A stretch of DNA of 62,483 nt, the filler included, from Rhabdomonas costata (lineage: Eukaryota), in NCBI GenBank assembly GCA_019059605.1. It is 14 parts of 14 records of this genome, joined end to end, with 100 filler letters (N's around TTAATTAATTAA, not from the genome) between each part and the next. Parts side by side here need not be neighbours in the genome. Positions count along the whole stretch, not along the records: positions 8,932 to 13,471 come from JAHMHO010000264.1; positions 13,572 to 17,933 come from JAHMHO010000265.1; positions 18,034 to 22,382 come from JAHMHO010000266.1; positions 22,483 to 26,823 come from JAHMHO010000267.1; 10 more parts are not named here. The stretch is one strand, 5' to 3'. The notes beneath the pieces were generated by a model. That model saw nothing but the letters and a program-made list of their open reading frames with translations, searched no databases and was not told the origin of the DNA. Positions 13,419-24,649 of this stretch are shown piece after piece (within the stretch, counting starts at the first letter, position 1; the number at the start of each line of letters is the position of its first letter). The translations under genes were made by a program, and so were the position numbers.

Positions 13419-16400
13419 GCCCCCCTCTCAGTGATGTCAAGTGATGTCAAGTGCAAAAAAAAAAAAAGAGANNNNNNNNNNNNNNNNNNNNNNNNNNNNN
13501 NNNNNNNNNNNNNNNTTAATTAATTAANNNNNNNNNNNNNNNNNNNNNNNNNNNNNNNNNNNNNNNNNNNNGTGTGTGTGTTTTTCAGGCGGCTGACCTG
13601 GGCGGTATGCTGTGCCGGGCTCGGCACGTAAGTTTGCTTTTGTGTGTGTGGTTTGTTGGTGTTGCCGTTCACCAGTTTTGACTTTTAGCTTCGGCTCACT
13701 TTTAGCCCGCTTCCGATGTGCACAAAACGATCTACGATGATTGCCTCGTGTTTCATTGTGTCCCAGATTTCTAGGAGCAAAAGAAATGGAAATAGTGAAT
13801 GTGAATTTTATTCCCCTCTCTGCGGATAAACCGTTTTCGTTTTTATCAGAGGCGATGCCAAACACCAGCCGAACTCTAGGTGTGAACTTTTTGCCTCGCA
13901 CTGATTGTTTTTGCATTCTTCATTGCTCTTCAGTCTGCAGCTTCCCTTCTTGGTCCTGAAGTCCAGCTCTTTGTATCCTCTCGTTCACATGAGAGGGGGC
14001 ATCAAGTGGCGTGCCCAGCATCACCGGGGCGTTCAAAATATGTTCCGCGTCAGAAAAGTGAAAACTCAGACCAGACTCATGCCGTACAAAAACAAAGCCG
14101 GAAACGCGCCTTATGAGCGGTAATCCAGCGAAAAATATATACCACGTTTCTTTCTGTAAGCTCTAATGTACAGCGAGTAAAAATTCTTACGTTTGAGTTG
14201 ACGCGGGCAACCGGTGATGCGCAGTGCCATGTGAGCGGTACGGTTGGGCCATTTGCTTTCTTGCAAACACAAATGTGCTTGTTTGCATATTTTACGCATA
14301 TTTTATAAAAGGCGAGGCCGGCGATAGCATTTGCTATCGGAGACACTCCCAAGGTAGTATTTGCAATCGGCGGCCCAAAGCGGAGCAAATGCTATCGAAG
14401 TCTTACCGGTGGAACACAGTGAAATTCTACCGGACCGTCATCGGGTCCAAACCAAATTTTGTCGTAGTCTTTTCTGTTCCAAGTTAAGCTTTCATAAACA
14501 GAGGCTCAAGGTTGCTCTGGGCAACTCCAACGACCGTGATGGTAAGAAGGGACAGAGTGTGAATGTGGTCCCGTGTGAATCTGTATATGTGGATGTTGTA
14601 TGCTGCCTTGGAATTGCGTCAGATACGGGCCGTTCCGAGACCAGCCTGGCCCCGGCTCTGTCCGCCAGGGCCGCCACCGCCGGAGCCTCGCCGCTTCTCT
14701 CGCCCACAGAGGGGGGCAGTGGCTTGATGCTCAATCTCGACCAGTTCACCAAAGAGGCGTGTGCCTTGTGTTGAGGAAGCTTTTATGGAGAGGGGGCGGG
14801 GGATTCTGTCCTTCCTCATCCTCAGGACCCGTCCCTGATCCCGTTTTATGTTTTTGATTTGGGTGAAGCCTCGTGATTATAGCCTCAGTTTTAAATGTCA
14901 TGGCCCCCGCCATGTCAAAATGTCAAAGTGAGAAGCGAAAAACTACATCCAACGTCACAAGAACGTCGGCAAAGCATCGGCATACCCCAGAAAAGGTAAT
15001 CTGAGTTTTGGAGCTTCCAGTGCTGAAGAGGCAACTGTGCCAAGATAGTTTCAAAAGACGACTTTTTTCCGATTCCTAAACCCCCTGTAAGTCCAAATGG
15101 TCTTTTTTTTGGCCCTACTTTCCGATTATCGCTTTTAAGGAGAAACGAGCATTAGCTTTTTAAATACACCTGTGTTGCCTGCCACCCCTCCTTTCATTTT
15201 TTCGACTAAGAACTCCATTTTGCCTTGGTAGCGGTGATTGGGCCTTTCTGCTATGCAGCCGGACTCCATGGCAGGGGGAGGAGACTTTCGGCGTGTGCTC
15301 CTGGCCGTAGAAACGATTATGCTAACAGGGTTTGCAAAAGAGCACTTTTTCGTTGTACCTAAACAATATTTGATCCAAAATGTAACATTTGGTTACACTT
15401 TTTCCCACGTCTCATTCTTAACGGAATGGGCAATATTTTGTGAATTGACAGTTGCTTCTCTGACAAAAGTATTCTTTGAGCTGAGATGTGCCTTCGGTAT
15501 CTTATCGAAGTGTCCTTGATCACAGACTTCCAGGTGGTGTCAGCCTTCCCCCTGAGCCTTCTCCATTGCCACCGACAGACTCTGCCCGCAAGACAGAGCA
15601 GGTTGCATCCCCTTGGCCTCCTGCTTCTTCTTCTCGTGAATCTTTCATTAGGACCATTGTTCCGTTCCTTGCATGTCCTTCCATTTTCTTCCTAAATGTC
15701 GTTTCTTGGGGGTCGGCTTTGCTTACTGTTTAATCCAGCCCACAGGAACTACTGGTGGTTGTATTATTTCTCGCACCAGGTTCACACCGCCCGGGGAAGC
15801 CGCCTGAAAGTCAGCGGAGGGACTCCCTCCTCCTCAATGCGGAGGTTCGTTTCCTTCCTGACTTTGTGTGGGCTTGTTTCCTTTTTCGGTCTGGGTTTCC
15901 TCCCAGGGAGGCCAGAGCTTTGCATTTTGTGGTTCTGCTTGTTATTATTTGTTCCATTTTCGGACTACAGTGGAGGTGTGATCCCATGACAAGGTTGATC
16001 ACCAACGCGGTCATACAGGTCCTGCACATTCCTGGGTTTTGCATAAAATCTGCTTTTCCTCCCCACCCTCCACCTACACGCACACAGTGCCTGCCCGCGT
16101 CGATGATATTTTTCAGGTCAAGCACAGCCTCTCCTTCCCATCGACCAGTGTCTGCTGGCTCGACATCTTCGGACGATTCCGCTCCACAAACCCGAGTACG
16201 TTTTGCATGTACGGCCGCTGGTTGTTGGTCCCGAGTTGGGCGCAAGTGACTGACTTGGTTGAAGGGTCACCCTTGCGTGTGATTTCAACGGATCAAAGGG
16301 TTGTTTTCACCAATACGCGGCTCCAGAATTTGTTTGCGAGGTCGGTGGGTTGAAACGCTTAGCCTGTGTACTCGTCTGATTCGTTTTTTTCCGCTTTCCT

Positions 16401-16698
16401 GCGAACCTGGGTCAGTTTTACGCTTGTGCCGTGCACATCTATCTGGTACACGTCTGCGAACTCTCCCCTCCTCCTCTCCAGAATTGCAGGCACTCACTTC
16501 CTTTTTGGTCCCAACGCCACTAGTTGGACGCTAGTGGTGGTAAGGTAGGTAGTGGAGGTAAGAGGTTTGAAGGGTTATCCTCCCTCTCCCTCTTGAAATG
16601 CACTATCTCTCTCTATGAAAGAAAACCTTCCCCTCGATCAGTGTAAGGGGATACTTTTCTGAATTACTTTCTTCCGTGATCAAAAGAACGTATGCAGA

Positions 16699-17250
16699 GG
16701 AGACATGATTTCGAGCGTAGCGAGAATGAATGTCGACGTCAGGAGGAACGAAGCGTAGCGAAGTGACGACCAAGGAGCAAGGAACGAGGAACGCAGTGAC
16801 GAGTGACGCAGCGACCAAGGAGGAACATGAGCGAGTGCAACGAAGCGATTGTGACGACCTAGGAACGAGGGAGGAGCGCAGCGACGACCGAGAGACCATG
16901 TATAGGAGGAACGAACGTAGTGAGTGACGACAAGCAGAATATAGTCATGATGTGAAGGAGTGGAAGCACCTTAGGGTGGTGGAACGACTGAACCACACAT
17001 TTAGGAGGAGGGATGAACGCAGTGAATCCCGACGACAGCAAAGAAACATCTTTTATGCCTTTAACTCCACTGTCGGGTCTCTCAGTCCTTCGAGCCCCTC
17101 CCATACAACAAGGAGGCATGAACGTAGTGAATGCCGACAGGATAGCACGAGCGTAGCGAGTAGGAATAGAGGCGAAGGAACGGAGCCGCATCGCGGTGGA
17201 GTGACGTAGCCATCATTCGTAGGGAGGAACGACCGAAGGGAGTGACGACC
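16699..17250 (+). repeat. Array of ~12 strand-specific fold-back hairpins with GNA triloops and tandem G.A pairs
   Basis: Examples: 17004-17036 G-GA-G-GA-GGGAT-GA-AC[GCA]GT-GA-ATCCC-GA-C-GA-C; 16905-16931 G-GA-G-GA-AC-GA-AC[GTA]GT-GA-GT-GA-C-GA-C; 17222-17250 GG-GA-G-GA-AC-GA-CC[GAA]GG-GA-GT-GA-C-GA-CC. Confidence 0.85.
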
Positions 17251-17519
17251 AGCAAAGAACATTATTTTACTCTCTTAACCCCTTCTTCATTCTTTAACCC
17301 CAGTGTCCCCAAGTCGAGGATGCATCTGGAATCGGAGTAAGGTATCGGCATGAAGGCATGGTCGGTACGGACATGCCGTAGTAGGAAGCATAAAGGCATG
17401 AGGGTTGAGGCATGAAGGAGTAAGGCATCTGGGTTTCTCTCTCTGGGTTCTTTCAACCCTCATAGTCATGCTGAGTTACTGCATTCTTCACTCATAGTCA
17501 TGCTGATACCCGTAGCCTC

Positions 17520-17933
17520 ACGAACCCCTCACACCTCAACCCCCAACATCCTGACACAAAGCCCCACAGACACCCCAAGACCATGACACCGTAACACACT
17601 GTAGAAGCACTGACACAGAAACGCAAAGACCATGAGGACGTAAAACCGTGAGACGTAAAAACACGACACCATGAACCCCAAGATCCTGACACGTAGCTCC
17701 AACACACAAGCACACTACAGCCCTTAACACACAAAGCATGAACCCATCCACACAAACCCAACGCACCCTCTGACACAGAAACGCAAGAAGCCATGAGCCC
17801 TACGCTAAGACACACTGACACACACGAAGCACTGACAAAGCACTGACACACACCACCAGCAACCAACAGAACCTCAGACACGAAATGCCACGACCCACCC
17901 TCCAACCACACCCTCAGCCCACCACAAAACCCC
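17520..17933 (+). repeat. A/C-rich degenerate repeat tract (CTGACAC, CCATGA, CCCCAAGA motifs) running to contig end
   Basis: Strong A/C skew on the + strand, with recurring motifs such as CTGACACAGAAACGCAA (twice) and ATCCTGACAC (twice). Confidence 0.7.
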
Positions 17934-20900
17934 NNNNNNNNNNNNNNNNNNNNNNNNNNNNNNNNNNNNNNNNNNNNTTAATTAATTAANNNNNNNNNNN
18001 NNNNNNNNNNNNNNNNNNNNNNNNNNNNNNNNNAAGACATGCTAGCACTCTCAAAATTGGTATCATTCCCTCCTATGCGATTTGGTTTTTCACCGCTCAG
18101 GTTCCCCTGGGAAGGGTGGTGAGTGTATCTGCGATGGAAGCTCGTTTTTTGCAACAGAGGGTAGACGAGCTGGTGACTCTGCTGCATGACATTTTTTGAT
18201 GCTCCTTTTGGCGGCTGAGCACAGTCCGTTGCTGTTTGGTAGGTGTACTGATGTACAATAGCAAAAAGGTTTTCCTGACAATTAGGTGGTGTTTCTTCCG
18301 AGTTTTGACGTCAATAGCATTCGTCCAGCCGCGTCCGTGGGGCTTAACCGATAAAACCGCTCTTGAATAACTAAGTTATCGGGACCCTCGTCTGGGCGAG
18401 CATTCGGGAAGTAAAAGAAATGTGGAAGTCAAAAATCTTTTGAGTGAAAACAGTTCAACATAAAACCGGACTAACATTTGCGTACACACACGAACCCTTG
18501 GAAACGGATTCAGCCAAAATAACCCGTCCCAGAGAGCCTTTCACATTTACATTGTTGCTCTGCGACTGTACCATTGTGCTGCCTGGTGGTGGCAATCCGT
18601 CGGTTTTGCTCGCCCTTTTCTGCTGTGTGCTGGTTTGCCTTGTATCACCAATTTTTTGCCTTTATCCGAATATGTTGTTTCTGGCACCTAAGACAGTCTA
18701 TCGAGCGAATGCGGATCGCCCTAAGTTGTCCCTTTCGTTTGACAGCGCATTTTCGGAAACATTTTTGTTAGAAACGTAGCGGCCGCTGAACCCAAACTTG
18801 AGGACACGGTTGTGTCAAATGTTCTCCGCCGCCTTCCGTCAGATTTTTGAGTTATTATCTTCATTACCATGCCTTACGCCGCCGCGATCCTTGCATAAAC
18901 TGCCCGGCCCACCAGGCGGCCGTGATGGGTAAAGGTTGTCGTTCGCCGGGCGTGCCGTCCGCTCAAAAATCCGCGTGACCATACATTCCGTAAGATCGAA
19001 GGAAATTGGCGATGAGCAGTTGTGTTGTCCGCGTTGGTGGCTTCAATTCGCGTCAGGTTTTGTTTGGGAACTCGGGCGCCATCTTGTTTCAAATCCAGTT
19101 GTTTTTGCGTCCCGACCAGAAACTTTGCAATGCTTCAACCAAAATGGCTCTGCACATGATGGCCTTTTAGATTACGCACCACATCATTCCAACAATTCGA
19201 TAATAACATAACCAACACGGCAAAAAAACATAAGAAATGCCGGAATATCAAAAACATGAAGAACCATGACCTGAATAAAAACATCTGACGGCTCAAGCGG
19301 CAATATTGAAAACCGATTGGTCCTGACCGTTATCTGCCGCAAAACGCGGCGTGGGCAGTAGCAGCCGCACTGATCAATTTTTTCGCCCCGCCCTATCCGT
19401 ATCCACACATTCCGGTCGCATTTCCGTATAACTGGGTAAACATGCGCTTGCAGAGGAGAATATATAATGATATCCAAGCTATTTTTGTCTAAAATTTCTT
19501 GCATAAAAAGAAAACCAAAGACGGAATATTAACCAGTTAGTTCTTAAATAAGAGTCTTGGCAAATCTGGAGATATATTTGCAGGTTATCTGGGACACAAC
19601 ATTTTATTCTACAGCTGAACAGAATCATTCAGGTTTAAGCCAAAGCATGTGGGAGACAGTTTGTGTACAAGACCATAAAAACCATACCACAGTATACATT
19701 AAAACCGGGTAATATAATAGTTAGAAATCCACGGGGACTTTCACACGTAGTTTTGGCGCACGATCAATGGTCATAGGAGCGAAATACCTATGGCTTTTGA
19801 TAAGGCGTGAAAACTAGAAAGCCTCCGAAGCAAGCATTGAGAGTGTGATCTGCAGCTGTATGCCATGACACTTCTACTTGAACTCGGAGTATGTTTGTTT
19901 TTGAATATTTAGCAGAAACACAAATTTTCGGCTTAACGCCATTCCACACCAGCTGTTTGCATACAATTAAGATAAGGATTTCAGCTCAATTTGCAGTAAA
20001 ATATCAGAGCAAGCGATGGCACATTAGCTAATAAAGATAATCAGGCTATCACTCTTTTGCCACCTGTGGTTTCAGGCCAGGTTTTGTGTGGAAGATAGCA
20101 GACAAAGAGTGCATATTTTTTTTTGTAAATTAGCCTGGAAAAAGACAAGATGTAATTGATAACAGTCTTGTTTCAACAGAAAGTAGTGTAGAAAAGCAGT
20201 GTTATCAAATTAGTATTGAACTAATAAATTATGCGCGTCATATTGACGTAGATCCCGATGAGAAGCTTAGACAGAAGATGATACAGACAGTGAGGCAAGA
20301 TGAGGTTGAAGCACTGATACCAGCACACCAGAAACTTCTAGCATTTCTTCACTCTGTAAAAAGCTATATGCAATGTCCCATGAGTTAAAAGTTAGTAATG
20401 AAGCTGAGCCCAGGATACAACAAATCTAGTGTCATGTTACCACATTCTACGATTGATACAATTCAGCAACACGTCACATTCACATTGAGCCTCCAGCTTC
20501 AGTGAAGCAATACACTCCAGTGATGTAGCATTTAGCTCCACTTGAGGAGCTTTTATTCCAGAAGTTATCAGCTAACAACTACTTAGAATACGTTCCATTT
20601 TACTGCGCACAAAACGTACACAACAACTACCCATTATATATGCACGATCATTGTCTCTAACAACAAAACAGTTCCAGATCAACATCCTGAGATTACTGCA
20701 TGGGATATTACTGCACTTTTGAGACTCGTCCGAAGAAGAGGCCAAAAGCAATGCGTTTTCACTATCCAGACATACAACTATGGGCTAATAATCAATGAGT
20801 ATTATATTATTTTGCGCGCAACTGATGGTTTTATTTTACGCTCACTATGCCAGCGCGCGAAAACTTTGTCAACTCAATAACTTCTTGCACTTTCATTAAG

Positions 20901-22260
20901 TTACAGAAACCCTTTATAACAGAAACTTTTGTCATTTTTGTCTAGCTTTCTATTCAACATGCAAGTGTGTGGATTTTTAGGCTGCGTTTTGTTGTAAGAA
21001 AACCCCATTCCAGCCATCAGTTCACACGGAGCCTGCATTAGCGTCCTCTTCTTGTAGTTCCATGAAAACACTTCCGGTGAAGCGGGGTTTGGGGGCAAGT
21101 TTGGGACAATGCTTCACCGCGAATAAAGGAGCACAACAACATACACCGAGTCTCTTAAATTCCTCCTACCTCTTGCTGGTTGTTGCGGCAGCATTTATAC
21201 CGACTTAGCTACAACTTAGTTGGAGATACCGCGGTTTTCCTTGGTGTAAACAACTAGGACAAGGATGACTTTATTCCTATACGATATGACTTTTTGTCGG
21301 AAATATCAGACGACGCGCTTTGTGTTCTGCTGGCTACTTGTTTTAAACGCCAATTTTTTTTGAGATCATGTTGTAGGTGGTTTCCTGGAGGTCTTGCCTT
21401 TATCCAGCCGTCAGCTTACGTTATATTTGCCAGCAAGCAAAGCAATCAAGGAAAAACGGCACCAACGTATAGACAAAGAGCGACAGTACAGTAGTAAACC
21501 TTATCACTAATTTGCATCTAACTCGATTTATCCTGAATCAGCTGAGCATTTTAGCTGTTATAAATTAAATACGTGAAATAAACTCTTTCAAAAACCAAAA
21601 TATAAACAAACATAAACTCAGTCCAAAACTCGCCCGACGTCAAATGTCGGTTTCTGACATTTATTGTGATCTCTGCTATATATCTTGAAATATGCTTTGA
21701 AGAACACCCAATTGTTACCATTTTAATTCTCCATCTTTTTGTTGTAAAATTCAGTCCATCTGCGGGGTAAGTTTTTGCCGATCTTTTCTAGACAAAAACT
21801 CGACAAACGCAAATAAAAACCATTGAGTTTACCAAGCTTTTTCTCACGTAAACAGACAATTCTTTCTACTCCATCGGAAGAATATTTTGAAAACGTTGGC
21901 TTCTACAATCATCAAAGTATAATTTATCTTTTATCAACCAGCTTGCACTGCGTGTTTGCGGACGGGAACTCAGCTTACACTGGCAGCGCCATATGCCATA
22001 GAATAGCAGAGCACACAAACTAACTGACACAGTACGCACCACTTTTTGCTGCTTTTTACCGAGTGGCTTTTTTCTTCCCCACACCAATTCATACATAACG
22101 CATTATTTATGTATTTTAAACGCTGGTATTCAACACTAACATTGCAATCAAATCAGTAAGTTAATTTTAAATGAATAAAAGTAAAAATGGCATTGTAATT
22201 AGAAGTGAATACATTGGAAATCAGCAAAGAAAATTGCACTTTGGCGTATACAGTACGTTT

Positions 22261-22380
22261 GTGATTTTTAGTCCACCCAAAGTTTCTCTGGAAATTTGAA
22301 GGGTTTGAAAGTCAGTTTCTTAAAAGAAACTTGCACAAAACTGGTAACATTGAAAAAACATTGAGGTGGACTAAAAACAC
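22261..22380. mobile_element. Small MITE-like element with ~28-bp imperfect terminal inverted repeats
   Basis: GTGATTTTTAGTCCACC at 22261 is the near reverse complement of GGTGGACTAAAAACAC ending at 22380. Confidence 0.55.
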
Positions 22381-22483
22381 CCNNNNNNNNNNNNNNNNNN
22401 NNNNNNNNNNNNNNNNNNNNNNNNNNTTAATTAATTAANNNNNNNNNNNNNNNNNNNNNNNNNNNNNNNNNNNNNNNNNNNNG

Positions 22484-22653
22484 TTGTGGGGTAAAGGACG
22501 TGAAACTATCCAGTTGGTTCATGCGGCTATGGTCTATATTCCTGCTGAAAGCGCATGGGAAATCTTGTTACAGACTTCCCATGCGTTTTCAACAGGAAAA
22601 TAAGCCCTAGCCGCATGAACCAACTGGATAGTTGGACGTCCTTTACCCCGCAA
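22484..22653. mobile_element. 170-bp near-perfect palindrome (fold-back MITE) in a histidine kinase intron
   Basis: Arms of about 82 nt (TTGTGGGGTAAAGGACGT...CATGGGAAATCT / AGACTTCCCATG...ACGTCCTTTACCCCGCAA) with about 10 mismatches around a 6-nt loop TGTTAC. Confidence 0.75.
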
Positions 22654-22709
22654 AAATGAACTTCGAACGCAACCCCCCTCACCCCAATGTTTCCCTTCGA
22701 GGACCACAC

Positions 22710-24649
22710 CATTGCTCAGAAGGTTCAGCAGAACCCGCTTCAGACGGTTCGCATCTCCCACACATTGCCGGGGAACATCGGGACGCACCCGTACCACAAG
22801 ATGCAATCCTCCCTCCTCCGCCTTCATCTGCACTACAGACGCAGCCTGCTCAATGACCTCCCGAATGCTGTAAGGCGCGAACTCTAGGTCCAGTCGGTCC
22901 GCTTCCAGCTTGCTGAAGTCCTGCGTGTTGATACGACGGGAAATAAACAAATGTTTCGACAGGAATGCTGCTAGTATCCTGCAACCCACAACCTAAGCCC
23001 AAAAAGAGAAAAGACTTCACACACCAGGATATCGTTCACCAGCAAAAGCATCGAGTCCCCGTTCGAAATAACCGCATCCACGCACTCCTGCTGCCGAAGA
23101 TCAAGAGTCGTGGTGTCACGCAGCACCTGCAAATCAAGAACACAAAGCACAGCAAACAATGAAAACCACAGCCCCATCAGAAAAATCGGGGTGAATGCCT
23201 TTTCCGTTACACCAGTACCTCGGCCATCCCAATGCAAGCCGTAAGTGGCGTGCGCATCTCATGTGACATCACCGCAAAGAAGCTCTCCTTCGCCCGCATC
23301 AGCGCCTGCGTCTGCTCCTCCGCCCGCCGAAGCTCCGCCGTCTGCGCAGCTTCCCGGGCACGCTGCTGGCTGACCTCCGCCGCAGCCTCCATGGCCGCCA
23401 CAACACTCCCGTACAGTGCTCGGATTTCCGTGAATCTCGAGCCCCTGCCCGAGTCCTGGCTCTGCGAGGCCAGGGCGTTCAACTGAGCCGTGCTGCGGCT
23501 TCCACCTCCAAAGAACTCGAAACTGCCCTCTTCGCGCATCAGAGCTTCGCGTAGGTGATCAATGTGCCGATTCAGCATTCGCAGAGGACGCGTCACCAAC
23601 ATGTGCATCATCGCCACGATGGTGACCAGAAACACCACAAGGATCGTGCCAGCTTCAGCGGCTGACACGACATTCTGGCGCCAGATGCGAGAGTAGTAGT
23701 CCGAGTCAGGCAGCACTACTACCAGCCTCCACTGCAGACCACTGGCATAGGTTGCGGAGATCAGCACTTGCAACACCGTCGAGTCCTTAAAGGTCCGAAG
23801 GCGCCGGTGCTGTGGGTCGAGGTTCTGGGGGCTGCTTTGCACCAAACTCTGGACCTCAGCGACATCAGCGTGAAGGGTTGCCGGGCTCGCGGTGGCAATG
23901 GCAATCGGATCCGCTGAGCTCTGATCCAGCAGCAGCAGCATTCCTGAGCTGTGCATCTCGGCGTGCGCGGCATTAAGCTGGTCGGAGAATGCCGAAAAGG
24001 GAAACCCGACATTGAGTACAGCCGCTACAGTATCATTCGGATACCGTACAGGAGATGACACGGAGATTACTTGCGTCCCCGTGACGGCGGTAGAGAACAC
24101 GTAGGTGAAAACAGGACCACCAGCGATGACAGCGTCCCGGTACCACGGCCGTAGCCGGCCTTAGTACAGTGATTTGGCGTAAACGTCTCCCATAGATCCG
24201 TTGTAACTCCACGCGGTCATGTTCGCAAGTACCCCCAGGGGAGCAGGGGGGCGGTAGGTTACGCCCAGACTCACTCCTGAAGCACTGCTACTGCTGTGTC
24301 TGTTGACGGCACCGATGGCCTCCCCATTCGGACGTACAAAGAACATCCCGTCCGCAAGCGGGCTATGGGTCATCACCTTGGAGGTATAGGCTTGAAGCTC
24401 CTCTGGGGTTAGGTTGGGCAGCCCGGGAATGGCCTCCCAGGCGTTCAGAGCGGACATCATCTGGCCCAGCACACTCCGAAGACGGTGCTCCAGGTCGTGC
24501 ATCACCGTTGCGCGGAACACGGCACAGATGTCTCCCACGGAGGACAGCGCGGCCTGGTTCTGGGTTATCCACAAGCACGTCGCGCATGCTCCCGTAAAAG
24601 CGAGTACCGCAAGAACAAAACACAGCCAAAGAGGGACGGTGCGAGGCAT
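22710..24649 (-). CDS. Membrane sensor histidine kinase (TM - Cache-like - TM - HisKA - HATPase_c start); in-frame TAA at codon 163; 3' part truncated
   Basis: Exons 23219-24649, 23025-23126 and 22710-22920. Cache-type RPWY motif, H-box FFAVMSHEMRTPL, LLVNDIL|DFSKLEA, N-box GDANRLKRVLLNLLSN. Confidence 0.88.

Noticed and set aside
14492-16530. Possible Rep/helicase/transposase gene next to the hairpin array
   Set aside because: The frames I read are interrupted and show no HUH, Walker or DDE motif that I could recognise.
16699-17250. CRISPR array or protein-coding reading of the GA-rich repeats
   Set aside because: There are no identical repeats with unique spacers, no cas genes, and the context is eukaryotic. 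The overlapping ORFs are short and low-complexity.
24161-24163. Genome-wide TAA/TAG-to-Gln genetic code
   Set aside because: H3 ends GERA-TAA, PYC ends in TAA, ACR3 in TAG and VAMP7 in TGA, so all three stops appear to be used normally.
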